The position numbers and the translations under genes were made by a program. A DNA stretch of 33,726 nucleotides from Catajapyx aquilonaris (taxonomy: Eukaryota): the NCBI GenBank assembly GCA_000934665.2, contig JYFJ02004285.1, positions 1 to 33,726 on the forward strand, written 5' to 3'. Positions 20,301 through 33,030 of this stretch are shown piece by piece. How positions within the stretch are numbered: the first letter of the stretch is position 1; each line of letters opens with the position of its first letter. Under the pieces are notes generated by a model, which was not told the DNA's origin, did no database searches, and saw only the letters and a program-made list of their open reading frames with translations.

Positions 20301-23300
20301 TTGAATCATCAGGAGGTTCCCACAGCAGCGTAACTGCTCCATCTCGGATGTCGACAGCTTGCAGTTCTCTGACAGGACCAGGCAACAATCCGGTGCCTTC
20401 CTCAAAACACTGCACTATATTCCCGATAAAAGCAGCGCATGTTGTCGCTAGTGTAAGAAGCGGCTGAGACACAATACCGGCACACAGCGACTGGCATGCC
20501 GAGAACACTCCTCGCCTCTCACAACAAGCAGTGTGGTTGCGACCTCCAGCTCCACATCTAAGCAGCTTAGGGAACTCGGTGCTGCATGTCAGTGCCAATG
20601 TCCTAACATCACTCATCTTGGCATCGTAGTCGCAAAGGGGCATGCAATCACCACGGAGCTTGACTGCTGTGCAACATGCCGTCACGTTGTAGCCAGATTC
20701 AACCTCTTCCTCTTCCTGCTCCACCTCTTGGTCAGTCATAGTTAGAGTGCGGAATAGAATTCTGGAAGACGGACCCCCTACACCATGCTCATTCTCCCCT
20801 TCAACGTACACTTCGTAGTCGGTGTCAGGTTTAAGGTCAGCCAGAAGGAAAGGAGGATGGGTGGATTCAACCACAGTGTACTCCTCACTCGTGAGAGCCC
20901 GGTAGTTGAGGGCATAGCTTCTCACTGTATCACCCAGTTCCTCTGGAGGTGACCAGGTAACCACTGCCAACTCAGCCTCCACCTGCAGATGACACATTTC
21001 ATTAATGCATGTAACATCTCTTGGAAAACATGAACGCACCTGCATGGCTCGCATTTCCTTCGGAGGCCCTGGCAGCACGCCGTACCCTCTGAGCAGGCAG
21101 GACCCATAATCCCTGATGTACCTCAAGCACCTGAAGTGTCTGTAGTCCAGCTTGGTGAAATTGGCCGCACAAAAATCTAAACACAGCTCAGGCAGTCCCC
21201 GCTCCTTGCAGCATGGAGTGTGATCCCGGCCATCAGTCAGGCACTGGAAAGTAGGGTTGGCCCAAGGAGCGCAGATCATAAGGTCAGTCACATCCGTCAG
21301 GTCAGCCAAGCGAGGATCACACAGCTTCTCAATGCATCTGGAAATTGAAAGGATGGATTCAAACATTTGAAATGGGCGCCACATAGGCAAGCAGCCGCTG
21401 CCATCTGATGTGAGCACAAGAAAGCTTATGAGATATCAGCAATTAGGCTACAACATTTTGTAATTTCTCAGATCACAATTGTAATTAAGTAACTGTAATT
21501 AACACATGAAAATAACCAACACAAATTCACCATACTTTTGTGACCGACACCTGACCTCTTTTTGGTCTCTTATCCCCTAACCTGATAGGACCTAGTTTGC
21601 ATTACCCCCCCAATTGAAAAGCATAAGCGACTTCCCTCAGTAACACCTGCCAGGCCTAGTAATCAAATGAAACTGGGGAAGGTCCCCCTGCACTCAACCC
21701 GTGGGAGGGTCCAGAGGCAGTAAAATTAATTACGGCCAGTACACTGTAAAGTTAGCAATCGAGTTGACGCACCACATAAACGAAGTTAAAACGAGCACAC
21801 AACACCCCCTTTATCCTGACTGTTAAAGGGCAAACCAGGCCCCAACGGTATAACTCGAGGGATACAACTTTTTCTCCCATTTGTTATGTCCACCCTCCAA
21901 CAACTTTTTTTTGACACTAAGCTGCTTATTATTTCTTTCCAATTATCATGATTATTAGTATGATCGAAAGCTCTTTACTACACTCTTAACCATTTACCTT
22001 CTCTAGAGAGGGTAAGAAAGTGGCCATTTTTTACCTTACATTGTAGGGTAAATATTCTTGGGTAAATTTTGCATGTATTACCTTAGAAAATAGAGGGTAA
22101 AAAAGAGGCCCCTTTTTGCCCTCTATTTTCTAAGGTAATACATGCAAAATTTACCTTAAAATCAATTTACCCAAGAATATTTACCCTACAATGTAAGGTA
22201 AAAAATGGCCACTTTCTTACCCTCTCTAGAGAAGGTAAATGGTTAAGAGTGTACGAGACGAAGATTGAACCCAAGAAATCCGGTATGTATCGATACGTAC
22301 GTGGCATGAGACACTCCCGCGTTGATGCAGCATGAGCGGACGTCCGGAAGAGGCGGAGATGGACCTGCAGGCAGCCGGTACTCTCCCGGAGGCATTGTGA
22401 TGGTCCGGAGACGTACGGAGGGAAGGCTCTTCCCGTGTGCATTGTACGCGGTGACCGACACTTCGTACATTGTGAACGGAAGCAGTTTGTCCACCAGTGA
22501 GGAGTTCCCTGGAGCTTCAATCTGATGAGAATATTAATGATATCAAAAGGTGTACAATGTGTCGTACCAGTACATGCGAGACTGGTCCTGTCAACGTAAT
22601 CACCTTGAGCTGGATGGTCTTTGGAGGCGTCCTGGTCAGATTGGTGTTGGAGTAGTCGTCCGCGTCGTCGTCGGCCGATATGGTCGGATCGAGCGGCCGC
22701 AGTTGCGTGACATTGACCAGGTAGCCCGTGACGGTACCGGCGTTTTGCATGGGCGGGTGCCACTGGACCAGGAGCGATCTCTCCGTGGGCGACTCCGCCT
22801 CGACGGACGTGGGTGGACCGGGCAGTATAACTGGCATGACAAGCGGCCGTATAAATGTCAGACCCACACGCCCCCAAAAAAACATTACTACGGTTGACAG
22901 GTGCGGTCCACCGTATGGTTATGACAATTAATCTTATTTTCATCTCGTTGCGACGGATTAAAACCGGGTGCGCTGTAATTAATGGGACTGCTCACCTACG
23001 CCGTCGGCTATGCATGCCAATGTCCGTTCGGTGTACGCGGCGCACGAGTAGTGGCTCTTCACGCTGTCTGTTATACGCGTGTAGTCGCCACGACACAGGT
23101 CCTGGCACAGGTCCGGTACACCTTCACGTATACAGCACGGAACATGATCGCGACCATCTGAAAATATATATAAAAAAATTAGATGTGGGCCAAACGTATG
23201 TTGTACCGATCGTACCTGCCATACAGCTGACAATGTTCGGAAAGTCATCCTCGCAGACCTCCGGTTCCTGTCCGGTCGTACCTTCCAGGATGCTAACAAG

Positions 23301-24278
23301 CGAGCAGAATCCGAAGCACCTCTTGGTAACATTCCGAGCCTCGCAGCACGAAACGTAGTTATGCGCCGTGATGCTCGGAACAGCACCGTTACCCTTGTAG
23401 TTGCTGTACGTATCGACCGAACTGGCCGTCACATTCGGAGGCAGCATCGACAACGGAAGCACTGCCAAAAATTGATATAAGTTAACCACGATTCAAAACA
23501 TCGTACCCGCACCCATACTCTGTTGTACGAGTAATAATATATTAGGACCAACAACACTCACCAACGAGCTTGTGGAACGACCTGAGCACCGGCTCGATGT
23601 TCACCTCGCACGTGTACAGCCCCGCATCGCTGGTACGTACTTTTTTAATTACCAGGACCCACACGTCGCCATCTGCAACCGAAGAGCCTACTAAATGATT
23701 TCACTCGCCGCTCAACTGACTTGCATTCATCACACATGTTTGAAACTGGTTTTTTTTTTTGGCAAGGTTTTAGCAAACACGATGCACTTTAATTGGCCCT
23801 ATAAATTTAGGATGGTTTCAAATGAAAATGATTAAAACATGGGGCGTATGCAACAAAAGTTGCTGTTGGCGTTGACCAAGTAAATTAAATTATAAATTAA
23901 TTACTATATCCTAAATGCCATACTAAATTGAAGCAAACCTCTATCGTGCAGTACGTTGAACCGGTTGTCCGACGTGACCCGAGTGTCCCCGCTGGTCAGT
24001 ATGACCTTCTCCTTCTTGTCCTGACTCTCCTTCTTCCAGATGACCGTGGCGGAATTGGGCGGGTTGCGTACCACGCAGGTCAGAAGGCCATCTTCACCCT
24101 CGTGGACATGGGCCGGTTGAGTGAAGCTGTCACTCAGAGTCGTGTTGACCTCTAGAGACACGAGTTCAGAGGTCAGCCATGTCCTAGCGGCAAATTTTAC
24201 ATCTGACATACCTGTGTCTGCTCCAATTAGCGTAATTAGGGTCCAGAAGACTCCCAGGACTGCCAGTCGAGCTGACAT
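17397..24278 (-). CDS. Ig-like and fibronectin type-III domain-containing type I membrane protein with DB (Cys-rich) modules, IGDB family, 1444 aa, 19 coding exons
   Basis: Exons 24278-24212, 24151-23939, 23672-23562, 23461-23216, 23157-22996, 22830-22604, 22521-22301, 21337-21040, 20982-20291, 20224-19992, 19886-19751, 19686-19494, 19362-19116, 19058-18883, 18812-18678, 18612-18465, 18365-17910, 17841-17615 and 17543-17397 are all phase-compatible (4335 nt). Architecture: SP-Ig-DB-FN3-DB-FN3-DB-FN3-FN3-Ig-Ig-DB-FN3-TM-tail. Repeated DGRDH..CC...G[VL]P..C..C motifs; TM VAVGVILALVLVMAVLGGGVWFL followed by RRRR; tail motifs FENPSY and LYEELRLG. An acceptor at 24307-24309 implies further 5' exon(s) upstream. 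Confidence 0.95.
21981..22251. mobile_element. Young fold-back MITE with TA target-site duplication, in IGDB intron 7
   Basis: TA|CACTCTTAACCATTTACC...GGTAAATGGTTAAGAGTG|TA. Arms are nearly perfectly complementary over the whole length except a short insert in the right arm; centre AAAAAGAGGCCCCTTTTT. Confidence 0.9.
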
Positions 24279-24798
24279 TGCTGAGATCCCCCCTTTGGGC
24301 AGCTCCCTGATGACCAAAATAATAATAACAAAAAAAAAGAGTGGTCAGTACGTGCTTGCCCGTCAGCATACATTTTTAATTGCGTCACATCCGCTAGACT
24401 ACACAAAAAATATTGCTTGGTTCCGGTTTGCCTCACACAAAAAGGGTGGTATTCCACTAACGCTCCGGGGCCGATACGGGGTGAGGGGTGGTGGTGGTGG
24501 AACATGATCCTGCACCGGAAAAAAAAATCCGGTGCTGGGATATAGGACAATAGACTAGCTTATGTACACGGGTAATTCCAGCGAGCTTGCCCCCAACAAT
24601 GGAGGGACGCAAGGTGATTGTCCTCCGACGTCAATGTGCGGTTATGGGATCCCCTTTAGAAGACGTGTGAAGTACAAAAAAAAAAGGTTGGTGTTGTCCG
24701 GAATGCAAATTAGCCCGAAAGCTATTCGATTTCCCTCTGAAAAATATTTGAGATAATCCAAAGACAGAAAATTCTGCTGGCTCATTATGAATATTTAA

Positions 24799-25816
24799 CC
24801 CAGATTGATGCCTGATGTCCTATATGTAGGACACTTAGTTGTTTTTTAAAGTTATTGTCATTTGCTCATATAAAACCAAGCGTGATTCGAGTCGACTTTT
24901 TCTCATTGGGCAGTGGGAAGGCTGACAAACCCGATGCGATTCTAAAAATGCGATTTAAAAATTAAACCAAAAATAATTCAGACATGTATGATCATGTCAA
25001 AGAAGCACATGAAGTGTAATCAGAAAATCCGCATTAAAGTCCCCGCTGGTCCAATTTTAGGGAGAGGCAACATGTCCGTGGAGCCGAGGCCCCCATGAAT
25101 TTCCACGAATGAAAAACCGAGCTGAGGGGTATTTAGATGCGGCGTGCCCTGCCTGCAATCTATCTGCCTTGCTGCCCAATGGCCGTTTTCTTTCTGCGTC
25201 ATTCGCCCCCTCCCCCCCCCTCTCCAAACACACTGTTGCATAATTTTACATTCCCTAACTGCAAACGACCACTTCCACTCGAATTGGATTCCGCCAGTGG
25301 CACTCCTTTTTTTTTTTTTGCGAAACATTCTTGGAACCTAGTGTCTGTCAGTGTCCCGCAAAAAAAGGTGCACTAAGTATAAGTACTCGACACAACCAAT
25401 CAGAAACCTCGACATAACCAGCAGATATCCCTGAATTATTTTTTGCAAATTTTTACTACTACTATTGTCTGACTAGGAAGGGAAAGTGGCCGTACTGACC
25501 AAAAGGTGGCAGCACTCCCTTGGCCGCCGCCAAAGGCCGCCAAGGGAGTCCTGCCACCTTTTTCGTCACGGCACTACTTCTTCAGGCAGCCAACATCTGG
25601 AGCGTTCCAGACAAGGCTATTATTATAGGGGGATGTTTGTCGGAGAAGTACCTTTACCTCTCGCACGACCGTGAGTGGCAGGAGTGTGCAGAGGGGGAAG
25701 ATGCGCCATCTATCAGAGGCGTATGTGGACAATTTGTTGCCAAATTTTGGTAAGGCGTTCACTATAGTGATGACTACAAATCTAACTGTGCCCTACATAT
25801 AGGACATCAGGCACGG
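24799..25816. mobile_element. Non-autonomous TTAA-flanked (piggyBac-like) element, ~1.0 kb
   Basis: 26-bp inverted repeats TGCCTGATGTCCTATATGTAGG(A/G)CAC at 24809-24834 and 25788-25813. TTAA at 24795-24798 and 25817-25820; left end TTAA|CCC. No transposase ORF. Confidence 0.65.
25501..25562. repeat. 24-bp-stem hairpin
   Basis: AAAAGGTGGCAGCACTCCCTTGGC and GCCAAGGGAGTCCTGCCACCTTTT, one mismatch. Confidence 0.85.
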
Positions 25817-28800
25817 TTAAAGTACTGTACAACAAAGGCAAAAAGAATTACAGAACTTCCAATGAAAGACGGTTTGATTTTGGCGACAATACATTCCTTC
25901 AGCACTAATTCACTTCTGGGAGCGACATTCTCCGGGTATCTGGGCCAATACCTTTAGTTCTGGAAGTTTTCCGGGGAGCGGCCCATTAAACTCTTTCAAA
26001 CCCTTGCTCTCGCTGTTTTTTTTTTTGTAGCAAAAAGATGAATCGCTGTTCTCGGAAGTGGGCAAGATTTGGCGAGTCCGGCAAGCTGATCGGCGAATTT
26101 ACGAGGGGTCTTTTTGAGTCGAGCCAAATGACTTAGGTCGAATCGGCGATAACTGCGTGTCGAACCTCTCGCGGAAATGGCAAGCGATTTTTTTTTCGCC
26201 GAAAAAAAAATCCAGGTGTGCAAATTTTTATCCGAGCGAGTAGTTAATCTCTGGCCAAAAAAAAAACCCCCGAGCCAATTGGAGGTTAACGTTATAATTT
26301 AATGATGTTTGCAACTAGTGCATATCGCGTTGGATCTGGAATTATGCATGGCCCCACATGTATACGTTCAAGGGAGCAGGTTTTTAATGGATCTGCATGT
26401 GTAACGCTGTTTTTGAGTGGTTTTACGTGTTATGCAAGCTATAGTTGGCCGACGAGATGGAAACTATGCAATAAGTGAACACTGCTATTAAGCAGACAAT
26501 GGGCGATATTAGCTGAGTTTTTCAATATTGCACAATATGTCTAGCGTCATATGCTGTATCGCTTCGCTCGGGGGTGGGGCTTCGACCCCCTTCGCGCGCC
26601 ATCGGCGCTTGGCATCCCCGCCCGAGTCCTACACTGCATATAGGGCACTTGTACAATATATTGTTCCAGTTTCAGCTCATAAATTTGTATTAAATGTTTC
26701 ATAAATTTAACAAAAAATCCTTCATGGAATATCATACAGTTTCAGGTATAAGAAAAACCAGACTTAGCATGAATCGAAACCAATTTTTGCACCATGCAAA
26801 ATTTTCCGTGCAGAAAAAAACGCACAGTTTCATGATGCAGCACTAAAAAAATGCAAGGGCTATCAAGCAGTGTTGATGCGAATTTTCTGCGCAATAAATG
26901 GGGAGCTGAAGTATGTGTTGGGCGATTAGGTCTTTCGGGTTGGAGCTACATGTTTTTTTTTTTTTGGAGGGCCCGGAATATTTGCAGCAGATTCCAGGCC
27001 TCAGATTTAATAACACCATGCCCCGTGACGTTACGCTGTACATGTACGGGCAAAGCAGCAACATCTGCCTTCGAACTCATCATCATCATCTATTCCGTTT
27101 GATGTCTACCAGCGGTCATTAGTGCGCCGGTCCCTGTCTAAGCGAATACTAAAGAGGCTCCTGTTGACCCCGCAGTTCTGACCCAAAGTGGATGTGACCA
27201 CCATGCCTAATTTGGCATTCACAGGATGAATTAGCGCCAAATTGGGGGACTCGGTTGGAAGATTCAAAGACTATAAATGGCTGGGAAATAAAAGTATAGG
27301 TTCTATGGATTTTCCAGCAAAAAAACCTACCTACATAATGAAAAATTGAGATGTAAATTCATTTAACATTATCTACATTTAGTGCACGGTGTTGCCTGAG
27401 GACAACAGTTTTCCATGGCTAAAGTTATAACCGTCAGTACATGCATTTGGTTTACAGGTGTTACATCAACTCCACAACTGGCCACTGGCTAGCTGGTCTG
27501 ACCAACATGGTTGCCGCAGTAAAATGCACAAATATTTCTCCCCTCGCATAGTTCGCGAACACTCGGAATTTGTGGATTTGTTGACGTTTTCAACACAGCA
27601 CACAGTAATTAATCTCTGCGAGGTTTTGGAGGCTTACAACACTTTTTTTTGTGTGTGTGTGTGATGTGCGCATATCATCCGGCCCCATGATCGGCATTTC
27701 TCACCACCACTCAGAGCATCCTGATCCGATATACGGATCCGGAATATTCAACACCCCGAATAATACGGGCTCTTCATTACGCACAGGCGTCCGGATTAAT
27801 AAACAACAAAATACCTCTCAAAAAGTGAAAACGTGTCCTTTATTACACACCCCGCACAATCGATATACCAGCCTCTCAATGCTGGCTGGTAATAATTTTC
27901 ATATTTTGGAAAGCTCAATTAACACCCCTAATCAGGCCGTTTAATCACCGCTCTTCCAAATTCCACCCCCTGCACCAGCAGGTACATCAACCACTACAAA
28001 AGTGAACAAGTCAACACCCCTAGTATAGGGTGTGTCCAAAACAAGTCTCAAAATGTATAGACCTACTAAAAAGCATGACTTGCTCTATTTTGAATGAAAG
28101 AATCGCAGGAATGCCGATTGGTACGCCCCCCAAAAATACTCCGAATATATGTAGCCTCCCCCCCCCCCCACAAAAAAAGTGCAAAGAGCACTCGGGCTAA
28201 ACCCAAATGACGCTCGGTATACAACCACTAAAATGTGCAGAGTACAATAGCAGGACTGTGAAAATGAAAATGGCGTTGCTGCCTGGAGAGCTGACGCCAT
28301 GAAAATGTAAATGTCCTCCGCCATCAACACACCCCCCTTTTATGACCGCCTTGAACATGACTCTTGCGACATGTGTCGGTGAATTCGGGGGGGGCCAATA
28401 TGGTGACTATGAACTTAATAATTCCTGGCTATAAAAATCATTGCGACTTCGAAGGTATATTGTACGAAAAAACTCTTTTCAAGGGTCCCCCAGAAATAGC
28501 ATGGCTCGGGAGTAACAAACGGCAATCCAACACGCGACCGACGCCGCCCAAGGCCGACAATTGGATTTTTTATGTTCCTACGGTACCCTTGGTGCAAACC
28601 TCTCCGAAAATCACGGAAGAAAATCTGTACGGTCGTTATTTTCAACATCAATGCAGTCGATATAATGCAGCAGAAGTTGATGAGAAAAGGCCTAAAAGCA
28701 ACGTTTCAGCGTTGTAAAGTGGCTGATTGAAGAGGTACTGTATACAGGTAGGTGCCAATAGAAAAGCCGAACATACTGTACAATATGCATGTACCGTACA

Positions 28801-28905
28801 CCGTCTAAGAGAGCAAAAATTGAGAAAAAGTGATTGTGGCGCATGCGCAACTGGAGTGACTAATCCATAGAATTTCCCTCTCAGTGTGCGAATTCATGCA
28901 GGTAA

Positions 28906-28960
28906 ACTCGTAAGCTAATCCCATACAAGTTACTCGCAAGCTAATCCTATACAAGTTACT
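28906..28960. repeat. 26-bp tandem duplication
   Basis: ACTCG(T/C)AAGCTAATCC(C/T)ATACAAGTT x2. Confidence 0.85.
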
Positions 28961-31900
28961 ATCCGCAAACCCTAATTGCAAATGAACAAATTAGATGGCA
29001 ATACTCCAGACCAGCAACAACAACAAAAATCGTACACCCAAATCGTTCTAACTGCTTCGCTGCACAATTGCGGACGATTGAAATATGAAACCTAAAGGGC
29101 TATAACACACTAGATCTAGAACTAGTGCCAAGAGCGATGTAATAACTCAGCAGACGGAAGGGTGCTAGGTTAGGAGGAAAGAGGAGGAGCCTTTTTTCCC
29201 TAGCTGGAGAAAATCTACTCAGCGTTTTCGGATTGGAAATGTTGGCGAGTACAACGGCTAGAAATTTGTAGCGATAGACGTTAGCTGGAGCTTGGAGGAG
29301 GCCATTTGGAAGAGCTGCAATCATTGCGTTCATCGCATTAGTTATTGGGAAACTGTGTATTGGGGCGCGGTTAGGTCTGTGGTTATCAGCTGGCGTTCAT
29401 TGGACTGCCTTTTTTGCCACCGCCACGGAATGATTCATTCACAGTCCCAGCTTAACTGCAGGGTGTATATATATAAAACCAGTAAAGAATCGATGCCAGT
29501 GCATGCCGAAGATTGACAAAAACTAGTCTGAAAAATTATATAGGGAATAAAAGAAAGGAAGTTTTTTCCTGACACGAAAAGTGTGCCTGAATTATGGGTA
29601 ATATGTATCAAAAGTTTGCCACTAACAAGTAAGCTGCTTTTTATTAAGTAGCTTTTCTGTGAACTAGAGGGTCTGGGTGTGGACCTGGCTCTTTTGTAGA
29701 GTGAGTCGTGAGACGGTCTGGCTTTGGGCCGGTCTAATAAATGGGTTGGACAACGATCACGACCCTGAGTGACCTTTCGGGGTCAGGAGGGATATCCTGA
29801 GGATGTCATATTTTCGAATTTTTCTTGGCATTTCTCCCATGACCCAAAGAGCTATTCCGGTGGTAGCTTCGTCTACTGGCAGGGCCATCCAAGTCGGACA
29901 TCTTCTTTTTTTTCTTCTTCGTTTCTGTCTCCATCTGTCCCACCTTTGTGCCTTCCCAGATAGCCATAGTTTCTTTGGATATTCTTCCCAATAAACTAAA
30001 CTAAACTCAAACATGCTGCTTGATGCCCAAAAATTTTCAATATTTGACTTGGTCCCAGCATGTAATTATGGACACGCGCGCCTTGAACCTCCCATTCGTT
30101 TAAATCTCCTGTCCTAATAACCCGAACGGACAAAAAACAGCAAATCCGGGATATGCCAGTGCCTACAACACCGAATCCGAGTTAATTGGTGGACAGCGAT
30201 GCAAATATAAAATCCAGTCCCATGCTCCAGCTACCGATTTGCATATCGGTGTTGTCCAGCAGTCCGGCTCCCATCACCACTCCATTTAAAATTCTCGCTT
30301 CCGATGCTGATCTCAGGATTAGATTTTTTTAAAAAATATTGTGCAAAAATTAACAGCCCGTAGTTTACCCTCCAAAAATATCTATTGGTCCTGTCGTTGT
30401 CACATGACAAAATACACAAAAGAATACGGGTTGACCTATGACGGACTTTCAATTAACTGCAAAGCCTTTGACAGTGCAAATTTTTTTTCCCGCGATGAAC
30501 TGTTTCCTGTCCCTCGAGCTGTACTGGAGGGTACCTGTCCTTCACTTTGTTTCGCATACCTTTTGACAGATCTGCCCAGAAAAAAAATGATTGTCAGGAG
30601 AATAGACGAATTTCCTTTCAACCGATGATCCGGCTCCGGATAATGTGCGACGATGCTTGCAAATTTCACTTTCCATCGGTGCCTGCAAAAGAGGACGAGA
30701 CGATTTTCCATCCCCCCCCCCCCTCCACATGCAAAAACCTGTCACGTTACAAATCCCCCTCTTTCCCTTACTTTTCTAGACGGCAAATATTGGAACAGCT
30801 CAGCGGCCATTGTCGCAGATTTAATTCACACTAAGCCTACCGGATGTGCCGAAATTACCGCAAGGCCTGAATATGACAGTCTCCTGTGTTTTAGATGAGG
30901 ACATACAAAAGCAATATTTGCTTCAATATATTTGAAACACCCTGTGCCAGGAAACTCGTGTCCACACAGCGTGTTAATGGACGGCCAGATCACAAAATGT
31001 GTGCAGGGAACTAAAATGCGATTACGTAAATGTAAATACGGTGTATTACGCACTCGGCGGAGTCGGTGGCATTCGCACATCCATCGATTTATCGGAGTAC
31101 GGTGGTCAACCACCGGATGTAAATACGCCGCTATTTTCACTGCTAAATTGTTTTTGGAACTGGATTGGAATCGCCTCCTAGACATTTATGGACCAATTTC
31201 GGACACCACATACTAAAATAACGTGACAACTGACGAACCTAATATTTGTCTCCCCCCCTCCCCCCCAAAAATTAAGTCAAGTAGAGTCCAATATCAGTCT
31301 CCCGAGTTCTCCCAACGCATTTATAGAAACCCCCCAATGACCGTGGATGGAGACAAAGTGACCCTTAACTGGAAACGGTCCGGAACGATGTTCCGACACC
31401 ATTCCTGGGGAAGGTTCCAATTTAACCGCTTCCTTCAAGCAAAACCCCTCTGGTCCCGAGGAAATGAAAGGGAAACCCACAAAGTGCGGCTCCCGATTAG
31501 AAACACTTTCCACACGTTCGACTGAACTTTTCGGCTCGGGTGTTTCCAAGGAGGAAAGGAGGAGAGGTCCCAGGTGAAAACTGGAAAACCAGCAGTCTCA
31601 GCTTGGGAGTCTAAATGAAAAATTCCGACATCGCAAACATTCATTACGTCGAGCTCTTAAAAGGATTCGACAAAGAGGCGGCCATCTTGGGAGGAACAAA
31701 AATGGACGCCATTTTGGCAGGGTATGTGTGCCACTCAAGGTCAGACAGTTTTCGGACTGGTTCCAAATCCGAGAACAAACCAAACCCCGGGTTTTATAGT
31801 CCCTCATTCTCTAGAGCCACTCTTGCGAACGACTACTCTCTGGAGAGTCCAAACAGCGTTTATCGTTTCCCTTTTCTGGAAGTTATTTTTCGACATGGAG

Positions 31901-32984
31901 AAAACTTAAGCAGTTCATCGTCCACTCCAGGGAATCCTAAGCAATTAGAGCTTTCTTTCCTCTCGCCACCACGCACGGCTCAAAGACCTTCTCTACTTCT
32001 TGAGGAAACTGCACCATTGGGACTGAACCAAAAAGAACGAAGGTGGGCCCCCTTCCTCAACAAAATGCACGCTTACTTCCTGTTTTATGCTAACTTGGCC
32101 CAAGACAGAAGGAAGAAAAAGAGAACAAATATATGTGGAGGGAGAACACAATAGCGAGGAGGATTAAAATTCAGAGTTGAAACCTCCACAAAAGAGCTAA
32201 GTGCTGAATTCAAACTTTTCTCTTTGCAAAAAAAAATGTATATGATAGGAACACCGGCTGCATTGTAATTTTTAAAGGCAATACGTGAAATGACGTAATA
32301 ATGTACACACTATCAGCTGGATATTTGCATAAGTTATGTAATTTGTAATTGAAATTTTTGGCAGTCACACAAAACAATCCTTGACTTCCCAAAGCCAATG
32401 GCTGTACCTTAGCACAAAACTTGACGAAGGCTAATTCCAACTTAGTTCCTTGTTTCTTTTGTTAGTTTGTTTTTTTTGGAAAGGGATAAAGGCAAGGGGA
32501 TTTCTGATCCCAACTCACGTCCCGTATTGGCCTTCCGCTAACGGCGAAAGCATTACCGGCGGATTTTTGCTACCAGCTTGCGAAAAACCTGTCTCCGCCC
32601 GGTATAACCTATACAACTCCTGCAACCGCAACGTGTGCTGTTGGGGATTTGCACTATAGAGAAAAAGAAAAGCTGTCACGAGCTCGTGACCAAAATACCC
32701 AAGAGGGAGTGACCTTTTTCCTAGATATAAACAAGGCAACCTGCTTGTGTAGCAGGTTGTCAAGGCAGCTCCAACAGGTGTAATGTAAACAAACATTATG
32801 CAATATTTTTCTGTCAAAATTGTGACTTCATAAGTTCCATTCGGCCATATTCACATGCTGTGGCATTGATTGGAAAGGTCCTTTTTTATGTCCCCTCCGA
32901 CCAGTGGCTCCTGATATTAAGTGAGGATGTTGGGTTGAGCACATTCGTCGCATAAGCTCCACGTGCTCTCAGGGACTATAAAAA

Positions 32985-32987
<3 letters not shown>

Positions 32988-33027
<40 letters not shown>
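32988..33027. repeat. (GA)20 microsatellite
   Basis: Uninterrupted GA dinucleotide run. Confidence 0.97.

Positions 33028-33030
<3 letters not shown>

Noticed and set aside
26570..26601. tRNA-like TTCGA loop followed by GCCA
   Set aside because: No matching acceptor stem, D arm or anticodon arm upstream.
28025..31212. Tc1/mariner-like terminal motifs (TAGGGTGTGTCC at ~28027, GAAACACCCTGT at ~30934, GAGGTACTGTA at ~28732)
   Set aside because: I could not pair them into convincing TIRs; at most decayed fragments.
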